A DNA stretch of 64,000 nt from Trueperaceae bacterium (lineage in GTDB: Bacteria; Deinococcota; Deinococci; Deinococcales; Trueperaceae), in assembly GCA_965213925.1 (NCBI GenBank), contig OZ243927.1:1920001-1984000 (forward strand), in the 5' to 3' direction. A program made the position numbers and the translations under genes. Shown here piece by piece: positions 56,630 through 64,000 of this stretch (its first letter is position 1; the number at the start of each line of letters is the position of its first letter). A model generated the notes under the pieces. That model was not told where the DNA came from, ran no database searches, and was given only the letters and a program-made list of their open reading frames with translations.

Positions 56630-57440
56630 AACGCTAAGAGTAGCAGAGGCAAATTTCTCAGTTCGCCGCCACGTATTTTTATCCTCAGCGGAAGCTGCAA
56701 ACTGGGCAGAGAAGAAAAATATGTTCTTTGTTTTGTCGCACGGTCGTTCTGGTACAAACTTTCTGGCAGACCTTTTGAATCATGCTGAACGTACCTTGGT
56801 TGTACATGAACCACACCAGGTAGACGATTGTGCGATTGAGCTAGCAACTTATAACCCCACTGCTACAACTACTTACATAAATGACTTTCGGCAGAAAGAT
56901 ATCTATCTGCGAGCGAGAGATGCCAACATTGATACTTACGGCGAAGTCAACAGCTTGCTTAGACGACATGTGCAAGAATTACAAGAGACTTTTCCACACG
57001 CGCATTACATCCATCTTATTAGAGACGGGCGGGACGTGGTTCGCTCAATGCTTACGCGAGATACTCTAACTTTACGAGACTCAAAAACTGCTCATCTGAT
57101 TCCGCCTTCAGATGACCCTTATCTCGAACAGTGGTCAATTATGAGCCGATTCGAGCAGCTTTGCTGGTATTGGCAGCACGAGAACAAACTGCTAATGAAG
57201 CATTTAGACAAGTACGTAAAATTCGAGTTTGTCACCACGGACTACAACTATTTTCAAGAAGAGCTTTTGGATAGTATTGGTGTCAGACTATCGAAAGCCA
57301 CTTGGGAAGAAGAAGTGAATATACCTAAGAATCATACACGAGGTCAGAAAGCACCCCATTGGCGTGAATGGACGAGAGAAGAGACAGAGGCGTTCTGGCG
57401 TATATGCGGTGATGTAATGGAGGCGTTTGATTACGTCTAA
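56604..57440 (+). CDS. Sulfotransferase
   Basis: FVLSHGRSGTNFL, HEP, IHLIRDGRDVVRS. Confidence 0.82.
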   Translation: MPQLNRIIRTLRVAEANFSVRRHVFLSSAEAANWAEKKNMFFVLSHGRSGTNFLADLLNHAERTLVVHEPHQVDDCAIELATYNPTATTTYINDFRQKDIYLRARDANIDTYGEVNSLLRRHVQELQETFPHAHYIHLIRDGRDVVRSMLTRDTLTLRDSKTAHLIPPSDDPYLEQWSIMSRFEQLCWYWQHENKLLMKHLDKYVKFEFVTTDYNYFQEELLDSIGVRLSKATWEEEVNIPKNHTRGQKAPHWREWTREETEAFWRICGDVMEAFDYV

Positions 57441-57523
57441 ACTAATGCCAAGTCGGTTAAGGGATGTTACGAGCTAAGAGCTTTCGGGGGTAGTAGTCTG
57501 ATCGGATATAGTACATAGTTGTA

Positions 57524-58705
57524 CTACCTTCTGAACCAGTCTCGGTTCACTTTTCTGACCGCAGTAAGACCTAATCCCCAGCAGTATCCGTTAATGTAGT
57601 GAAAAATCATGGAAAATTTTTGTAGCCATGTCATACGTTTGGTCTTAACGTTTAGCAATTGAGCAATGCTACCTTTTGCAGTAGGAACTTCGTATTTCTG
57701 ATACTGAATAGCTTTGCGCATATAAGCTACACAGGCCTCTATATCAATTTCATCTACAGACCAACTCGGTATGCTAAGAAGTTTTGCAGCACTCGATACC
57801 TTGGGTGCGTACGAAAGAACAAGTAAAGGCTTGTAAGCAGCAGCGGCTAGAATAACTGCGTGTAGTTTTGAAGCTATTATGAACTGGCTCATCTTCATGA
57901 TTGCTAGCACTTCAGCGGGGGAGTACAGACGTTCTATAGAATCAAATTCAACCGTAAGCTGATTCTGTATGTCCTTGATAATGGATGTTTTCCAATCTCC
58001 GTGTTTGAGGGGAATGAAGACAGGTCTCAAGTCTAGCTCACGACTTGCTGCATCGATAAGGTGGGCTAAGCCGCGTACGTCCTGCTGCTGAATTGATGTT
58101 GTTATCGATACGAGGAGAATATTATCGTTTGTTATTTCTTCTTTGTCAAAGATAGTTCGTCCATCTGGAATAGATATTTCGCTCCCGAAACTCCAAACAG
58201 GGTCTGGAATTGTATCTATCGTATCAGGGACACCAAAGCTCTCTAGCAACTCTTTAGACTCCTGGTCTCGTACCGTTATATAGTCAAAATTGTGAGACAG
58301 GCTTCGCAACATGTACTTACCTAGCGAATGTCTAACCGGACCAACTCCAATCGCATAGGTCACAACAGGTTTATCAAGAAGTTTGGCTAAAACTAACGTC
58401 TTGAAATATCTAGGTATAGAAAGGGGAATATGTAGGTCTTGAAGCAATCCGCCCCCACCAATAATAATTAGGTCCGAACTACGAACAGCGCTCCACAATT
58501 TCCACAAATAAGTTGGTGAGTCAATATCCCTGCGAGGAATAGCGGTAACATCATAAGTAAGTTGCGTACTATTTGCATCAAAAGATAGGACTGAAATATT
58601 CGAAACATCTTGAGCGCGCAATCTAGCTAGAATGACTCGAAGGATCGCTTCATCGCCTAGATTATGAGCACCATAGTAACCGTCAACTAAAATAGACATA
58701 TTCAT
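57524..58705 (-). CDS. Polysaccharide pyruvyl transferase (CsaB-like)
   Basis: GYYGAHNLGDEAIL, IGGGGLLQD, AIGVGP, TVRD..S, KLHAVILA, SY.PKV. Confidence 0.9.
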   Translation of the reverse strand: MNMSILVDGYYGAHNLGDEAILRVILARLRAQDVSNISVLSFDANSTQLTYDVTAIPRRDIDSPTYLWKLWSAVRSSDLIIIGGGGLLQDLHIPLSIPRYFKTLVLAKLLDKPVVTYAIGVGPVRHSLGKYMLRSLSHNFDYITVRDQESKELLESFGVPDTIDTIPDPVWSFGSEISIPDGRTIFDKEEITNDNILLVSITTSIQQQDVRGLAHLIDAASRELDLRPVFIPLKHGDWKTSIIKDIQNQLTVEFDSIERLYSPAEVLAIMKMSQFIIASKLHAVILAAAAYKPLLVLSYAPKVSSAAKLLSIPSWSVDEIDIEACVAYMRKAIQYQKYEVPTAKGSIAQLLNVKTKRMTWLQKFSMIFHYINGYCWGLGLTAVRKVNRDWFRR

Positions 58706-58776
58706 TGGGAATTCTTTCTAGCTCTCTTCTGTCGTGTGAGCTGGGCAAAGGCATTGAGGTCTTAATTTCACGGCTC

Positions 58777-60078
58777 TCACTTTCCCTTCTTGATAAAGAT
58801 GCTCCAGCTAGCGAAAACTAACGGCGCGATATGAGCTTGAGCAAAAGCGTACGCTACACCTGTCAGGCTGGTAGCTTGACTAATAAAAAACAACGCACTT
58901 AAAAGAAACAGTAAGCCAAAAATATTCATATTGAGTACTTGATCTCTAACTCGGCAGTAGGCAATGTAGAATCTGGTCAACGCGCTTAGTGGAGCCACCA
59001 AAATTAGAATTCTTAGAACTTGTGTAGCATCTACATAAGTTTCACCAAAAATTGTTAAAATAACAGGTGCCGCAAGGTAAAGAACCAACACAATAACAAT
59101 CAAGGATATTAAAGAAAATTTAGTTGCTCTCTTGATGTGGGTTACTTCCAGGTTTGTTGAGCTTTCTACAAGGGCGGAAGTCGAGATTGAGTTGAATAAG
59201 GCATAAAGTATCGAGGCAATCGTAAATGCAATATAGTAGAGTGCTGCCTCTGCAGCACCTATCGCATTAACAATAAATAAAGGAAAGATAAATTTTGGCG
59301 CATTGACTAAATAACTTCCAATGTGGCTTCCAAGTGCGTAAGTTACAACTTCTTTCCTTTTGATTAATTCTGAAATTTGCAGCCGAAATTTATAAGAAGT
59401 TCGGAAGTGAGTCGAAAGTAACCATAAGGCAAATACTGAATAGATGAGAAAAGCGAAGGTAAAGGAACTATAAATTGCAACAGTTCCTCCGAAAACAATC
59501 AAAAGGAAGGGAGATACTAACTTTATTACGTGCATTGTCAAGTTCGCCTTGAAAACAGCCTTACCCGCGCGATGTGCTAGTAGAATTTGCTCGAGAACAG
59601 CTTTTAGTGTAGTAAATGCAACGCCTGCTGGAAACAGGAACCAAAAGGGCAAAAAATACTGAAGAGACGACAGTTCCGGTGACCAAATATGAGACCCAGC
59701 GAAATAAGCGACACCGAGGAGAAAACTCAAGACAAAGCTAACCGAAAGACATGAATTAATTAGTGAATGTCCGACGTTTTGTGGAAGGTGGTGAATATAG
59801 CGAATTACACTCATACCTAGACCAAGATTACCTAAACCCGATAGAAGCGCAGCAGCTGAAATTAGTGCCGTTCCAATACCAATAGTTTCAGGTGAGAAAA
59901 GCCGCGCTATAATAAGCCAGTAGATAAAACCTAAAGGAGCGCCAATAAGCGTAGATAAGAACAAATACATGCTGTTGAGGTACAGCGGATCATTACGAAG
60001 TTGGTGGAGCGATAATGTAGGGAGTCGCGCGGGTAGACTTCTAAGTATTTTATCTATTTTAGCGATTGGGAGTTGCAA
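58777..60078 (-). CDS. Wzx-like flippase
   Basis: NS.YL......LGFIYW.IIARLF...IG; many TM helices. Confidence 0.85.
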   Translation of the reverse strand: MQLPIAKIDKILRSLPARLPTLSLHQLRNDPLYLNSMYLFLSTLIGAPLGFIYWLIIARLFSPETIGIGTALISAAALLSGLGNLGLGMSVIRYIHHLPQNVGHSLINSCLSVSFVLSFLLGVAYFAGSHIWSPELSSLQYFLPFWFLFPAGVAFTTLKAVLEQILLAHRAGKAVFKANLTMHVIKLVSPFLLIVFGGTVAIYSSFTFAFLIYSVFALWLLSTHFRTSYKFRLQISELIKRKEVVTYALGSHIGSYLVNAPKFIFPLFIVNAIGAAEAALYYIAFTIASILYALFNSISTSALVESSTNLEVTHIKRATKFSLISLIVIVLVLYLAAPVILTIFGETYVDATQVLRILILVAPLSALTRFYIAYCRVRDQVLNMNIFGLLFLLSALFFISQATSLTGVAYAFAQAHIAPLVFASWSIFIKKGK

Positions 60079-60301
60079 GTTTCATTCCTTTATTTTCCGT
60101 AACATATCTGTGATAGTCGCATATCCCGGTAGAAATGCGATTATTGATCGAAGAAAACGACGCAATGTAGCTAGAGTCAACCCGACGTGAAATTAGTAGT
60201 AAGACTTCACGATATATTATTGGGTAAAGTCTACGAACCTCATTGTAATATTTTTGCGAAAAATTACACACAGTTTCTCGATTTAGTCCGCCACAGATTG
60301 G

Positions 60302-61630
60302 TCACTTTACATTCACTCTGTATCTAATGTTGGCAGTGTCTGTATCTGATATTGGCAGTGAATATAGGGCACCTGCGAAGGTAAATACAAGAAGTACGTT
60401 AGCCGGAATCACGGTCATGTTCCCATCTGATATCCCGTGCAGCATAAGCGCAACGATAGCAGCAGTAAGTCCATACCGTAAGCCAGTGCGTCTATGTTTA
60501 TCCGAAGCTGTAAAAAGGACAAGAAACCAGAAGCTCAAAAAGGCAACAAGCGCCACCAACCCCGTTTCACTCGCCACTTGCGTATAGTCGTTGTGCGAGT
60601 AGTTGACAAACTTATGCAGCGTCTGGCTCACGTCATCGGTCGCTTGCGGCGCTCGGTGCTCGGTAAAGGCGTAGATGAAGTTTCCGGGACCAACACCGAT
60701 CATGGGGTTCTCTCGGATGATCTTGAAGGCTGCCTCACCGATCTTCACACGCTGCATAAAACTCCGCGTCACCCACACGTCGAAAAACTCGGTGGTGCGC
60801 GTCGTCAGCGACTCGTCGGAGAGCTGCGGCGTAAAGCTCAGCAGCGCACCTAAACCGGCGAGTCCTAAGAGGGACGCGGCAGCAGTCGCCAGCACAAAGC
60901 GCCAGACTTTGCCTGATTGAACCGCCCAAAACGTGAGCAGACCGAAAACCGTGAGGCTCACCGCAAGGAGTCCCCACGAAAAGGTCAGCGCGAGGTTAAA
61001 GAGCAGCAGGGCGGTGAGAAGGGCGTAGAGGAGCTTTAGAGCGATGTGCTTTGTATAGATAAGGAGGGCGACGCTGAACGGTACGAGCAGCGCCAGGTAG
61101 CCGCTGTAGTGGTTGCTGTTGTAGTAGAAGCTCGAGACCCGGCGCGGCGTGAGCATCGGCGTCCACTGATACCCGAAAAACTGCAGCGCTCCGTAAACCC
61201 CCATGACGAACGCCGTAGCAACCACCACCCCGACGAACACACGCCGCCGCTTCTGCGACCCGAGAAGCCCGCAGCTAAGCAGAAACGCGGCGGCGTAGAC
61301 GAAGATATTGAGGGTCGTTTGAAGGCTGCCGAAGGTATAGGCGCTGAGCAGCGTGCTGAGCGTAACAATGGTTAGATAAGCGAGTAGCGCAAAGAGGATA
61401 GGGCGCGGCGGCAGCGCGAGCGCACCCTGCAAGCAAGCCGAGAGAAGCCAGAGCGTCGCGCCGACGATGACGAGCAGGCGGATGCCCAGAAGCGACCAGG
61501 GGTCGACGCCGCCGACGGCGATAGGCGCGAAGGCTGTGACGAGCAGCAGCAGGGCGAACGCGGCGCGGTTGAAAAATAGACTGAGCGGTTGCGAAATAGA
61601 TTGGCGTGGGTAGGCGGTAGATAGTTGCAT
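60302..61630 (-). CDS. O-antigen ligase / O-oligosaccharyltransferase-family membrane protein
   Basis: YG.LQ, SSFYYNSNHYSGYL, GVGPGNF, HNDY.Q..SETG. Confidence 0.88.
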   Translation of the reverse strand: MQLSTAYPRQSISQPLSLFFNRAAFALLLLVTAFAPIAVGGVDPWSLLGIRLLVIVGATLWLLSACLQGALALPPRPILFALLAYLTIVTLSTLLSAYTFGSLQTTLNIFVYAAAFLLSCGLLGSQKRRRVFVGVVVATAFVMGVYGALQFFGYQWTPMLTPRRVSSFYYNSNHYSGYLALLVPFSVALLIYTKHIALKLLYALLTALLLFNLALTFSWGLLAVSLTVFGLLTFWAVQSGKVWRFVLATAAASLLGLAGLGALLSFTPQLSDESLTTRTTEFFDVWVTRSFMQRVKIGEAAFKIIRENPMIGVGPGNFIYAFTEHRAPQATDDVSQTLHKFVNYSHNDYTQVASETGLVALVAFLSFWFLVLFTASDKHRRTGLRYGLTAAIVALMLHGISDGNMTVIPANVLLVFTFAGALYSLPISDTDTANIRYRVNVK

Positions 61631-61639
61631 AGATCGTTC

Positions 61640-62206
61640 TTATTCTTCGGCGAGCGCGTCGAGCCTCGCCTCGACGCGGGGATCGTGTTTAATGGCTACA
61701 GCTTTCGTGTAGAGGTCTCGAGCGCCTGCGAGGTCGCCCTGGCGCTCCCTGAGCTTGCCGAGGGAGTAGAGGTAGTAGATATTGTGCGGGTCGCGCGCTA
61801 GCGCCGCCTCGAACGCCGTTTCAGCGTCGGCGGTGCGGTCGGTGAGCATGTAGGACCAGCCGAGGTTGTTGAAGGTCGCGCCGTCGAGGGGATTGAGGCG
61901 CGTGGCGTCCCGGAAGGACGCGAAGGCGCGTTCGGCGTACACGTCGTCTTTGCGAAAGGCGTGGAGCAGGTAGTTGACTTTGCCCTGCTCGAGGGCGAGG
62001 TCGGCGTCGCCGGGGGTCAGCGCACGGGCGCGTGAAAGTGCCGCTAGAGCGGCGTCGTAGCGTCCTAGCGGCAGGCTGTCTTGGGCTTCTTTGAGGTGGG
62101 CGTTCGCTCGAAAGGTGGCGAGGCTCCAGTAGCCCGCTAGGAGCGCGAGCGCCACTGTGAGCACCGCGAGCGTGACCCGCAGGGGCAAGGTCAAGCGAAC
62201 GCCCAC
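61640..62206 (-). CDS. Membrane-anchored TPR protein
   Basis: N-terminal TM helix; A..L.P, NNLG and AL..DP helical repeats. Confidence 0.85.
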   Translation of the reverse strand: MGVRLTLPLRVTLAVLTVALALLAGYWSLATFRANAHLKEAQDSLPLGRYDAALAALSRARALTPGDADLALEQGKVNYLLHAFRKDDVYAERAFASFRDATRLNPLDGATFNNLGWSYMLTDRTADAETAFEAALARDPHNIYYLYSLGKLRERQGDLAGARDLYTKAVAIKHDPRVEARLDALAEE

Positions 62207-62212
62207 CTGGGT

Positions 62213-62680
62213 TTAGTTACCCGTCGCGTTGATGGGCGAGGCGGGCGCGTCGTAGGCGTCGCCGATGGCGTTGGCGAAGTCGGGATTGGTGAAGATGCTG
62301 TCGATGACGCTAGTATCGACGTTGGGCTCATTTGCGGCTACGGTGACGCCCAAGTCGGCTAAGAAGGCCGACGCTTGCTGCGCGCTCAGCGCGGGCGCTT
62401 GACCGTTGAGGACGTCCGCCAAAAAGATGTTCAAGGTGTCGCTCGAGAGTTCGCCCGAGGTGAGCGCCGCTCGCATACTCGCGCTCGTGCTGCTCTCGAT
62501 AACGCCTTGTCCTTCGAGCGCCTGCAGGTGCCCGAGCAGGTCGCCTTCGGGCAGCTCGACGCCTAGCGCGCTGCTCGCCCGGACGAGAACTTGCGCCGCG
62601 GACGAGTCCACGTCGACGTTGCTTTGCGCCGCGCTGAGCGCGAGGAGCGAGAGGGTGAGGCTGATAAGAATAGTTTTCAT
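62213..62680 (-). CDS. Secreted acidic Ser/Ala-rich protein
   Basis: RBS GGAGG, signal peptide (AAQ), ends DAYDAPASPINATGN. Confidence 0.8.
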   Translation of the reverse strand: MKTILISLTLSLLALSAAQSNVDVDSSAAQVLVRASSALGVELPEGDLLGHLQALEGQGVIESSTSASMRAALTSGELSSDTLNIFLADVLNGQAPALSAQQASAFLADLGVTVAANEPNVDTSVIDSIFTNPDFANAIGDAYDAPASPINATGN

Positions 62681-62771
62681 GGTCGTACTTCCTCCAAAGG
62701 GTGGGGTAGGTTCTACGTGTTTACGATAGGTTGAGTTGAAAGGTCGTGGTGTGGAAAATTACACGTTACGT

Positions 62772-63590
62772 TCATAAGTGCGGCAAGATGACGAAGAGCA
62801 TGATGTTGGCGACGCCGTGCGCCAAGGTCACGCCGAAGATGGAGCGGGTTTTGTAGACGAGCCAACCGAAGTACACGCCGACGAGCGTTACGTAGGCGAC
62901 GTCTAACCAGGAGTTCCAGCCGAAGTGGAACGCGCCGAAGATGAGCGCCGAGAAGAGAATGCCCCGCGCCGCGCCGACGTAGCGCACCACCGCCGTGAGG
63001 AAGAGCCCCCGAAAGAGCAGCTCCTCGCTGAGACCCGTGAAGAGCATCAGGCTGAGCATCGGCCAGAGTATCTGCGAGAAGTCCAGGCTGGGCGAGAGCG
63101 CGGCGGGCTGGATGATGAGGCGCTCCAAGAAGCCGATCAAAAAGCCGCTCGAGGCGATGAGGAGCTGCACCCACAGGTTGCGCCCCAAGTTGAGCCGCAA
63201 CTCCTTGCGCCCGTACCCCAAGGTCCGCGCGGCGATGACCGTCGTTACGATGAGCGGCAGGTTGATGAGTAAAAACCAGTTCGTCGACGAGACGAGCCAC
63301 ACGGGGATGCTGAGCGACAGGATGCGGATGAGCGGCAGCACGCTCAGGGCGAGGTAGAAGTTGCCCAGCTTGCTGTCGGTGAGCACGTAGCGCGCGAAGA
63401 GGTAGAGCAGCGTCGCGGCGTGGAGGCTGAGCCCCAGCGTGAGGTGGACCCCCGCCGAGAGGAACTCGGCCGTCACCATCACCACGAGGTAGCCCCACAG
63501 GAGGCTGGCGTCGGGTCGGTGAGTGGACCCCTCCTTGGCCCACTCGGTCGCGGCGTTAGCAGGCTTAGTGGTGTGCGAAAAGTCGGTCAT
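62772..63590 (-). CDS. CPBP (Abi/CAAX) intramembrane glutamic protease
   Basis: EELLFRG, FGAFH, AHGVAN motifs. Confidence 0.9.
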   Translation of the reverse strand: MTDFSHTTKPANAATEWAKEGSTHRPDASLLWGYLVVMVTAEFLSAGVHLTLGLSLHAATLLYLFARYVLTDSKLGNFYLALSVLPLIRILSLSIPVWLVSSTNWFLLINLPLIVTTVIAARTLGYGRKELRLNLGRNLWVQLLIASSGFLIGFLERLIIQPAALSPSLDFSQILWPMLSLMLFTGLSEELLFRGLFLTAVVRYVGAARGILFSALIFGAFHFGWNSWLDVAYVTLVGVYFGWLVYKTRSIFGVTLAHGVANIMLFVILPHL

Positions 63591-63594
63591 GGGC

Positions 63595-64000
63595 TTACGG
63601 TCTACTTTCTGAGGGCGCTAAGAAGGGAAGCTCGTGCACCGTCGGCGGCTCGTCCAGGGCGACGGTGAGGTGCAGCGAGCGGTAGGGTTGGCGGGCGTCC
63701 CCGCGCAGGAGGTCGAACTGGAGTTTCGTGCTATCCGCGCCTTCGGGGACCCTGACCGCCAGAGTCTGCTCCCACTGCTCGCCCGCCTCCAGCGGGGGCA
63801 AACTCACGGTCTTGTCGGGAGTGCGCAGGCGGTAGATGACGGTTTCGCCTTCGTGGTTGCGGACGCCTAAGGTGAGCGCGACCGTGTCGCCCTGCGTCAG
63901 CCTGGTAGGGAGACCGTCTAGCTTGCCTCCCGGTCCCAACATGTAGAACTCGGTGAAGGTCTCCGCGGGGCGCAGGTGCTGCGCGGCGATGACGACGCCC
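63595..64000 (-). CDS. DUF1616-like membrane protein, runs off window end
   Basis: Frame open to the window edge; FTEFYMLGPGGK...P, GVRNHEG, PYRSLHL motifs. Confidence 0.75.
   Translation of the reverse strand, partial: GVVIAAQHLRPAETFTEFYMLGPGGKLDGLPTRLTQGDTVALTLGVRNHEGETVIYRLRTPDKTVSLPPLEAGEQWEQTLAVRVPEGADSTKLQFDLLRGDARQPYRSLHLTVALDEPPTVHELPFLAPSESRP

Noticed and set aside
1..64000. CRISPR array, rRNA, transposase, integrase, prophage or reverse transcriptase genes
   Set aside because: No regularly spaced repeats or matching protein motifs were seen by eye

Overview
GC-rich bacterial chromosomal segment, most likely Deinococcota (Truepera-like). This is inferred from a kinase/PQQ-propeller gene, a PlsY-reductase fusion, a PriA with degenerate helicase motifs, a DUF4384/PEGA protein and many leaderless genes. 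The left half (1-33.6 kb) is mostly housekeeping and envelope genes: tRNA-Pro, tpiA, murA, lon, argS, prmA, rsmE, a LolA-like gene and two S8 proteases. It also has a USP-symporter-binding protein-USP cassette and three tandem coiled-coil lipoproteins. The right half holds two surface-glycan loci. The first (33.6-44.1 kb) has Galf synthesis, a sulfotransferase, Wzx/Wzy and internal toxin-antitoxin debris. The second (49.8-64 kb) is a convergent pair of operons with a GDP-mannose 3,5-epimerase-like gene, an AT-rich cassette, an O-antigen ligase/TPR pair, a CPBP protease and DUF1616. The best candidates for undescribed biology are: a ~150-220 nt rod-shaped RNA with a central bubble (6S-like or leader RNA) at ~32.0-32.2 kb; Lpp-like lipoproteins with repeated T-G-G tails; an SSS symporter paired with an orphan ABC-type binding protein; the PlsY/acyl-ACP-reductase-like fusion; a ~78-bp MITE-like repeat family; an anticodon-less tRNA remnant; and an archaeal-like glycosylation module. 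No CRISPR array, rRNA, transposase or integrase was seen. All calls come from reading motifs by eye; no searches were run.
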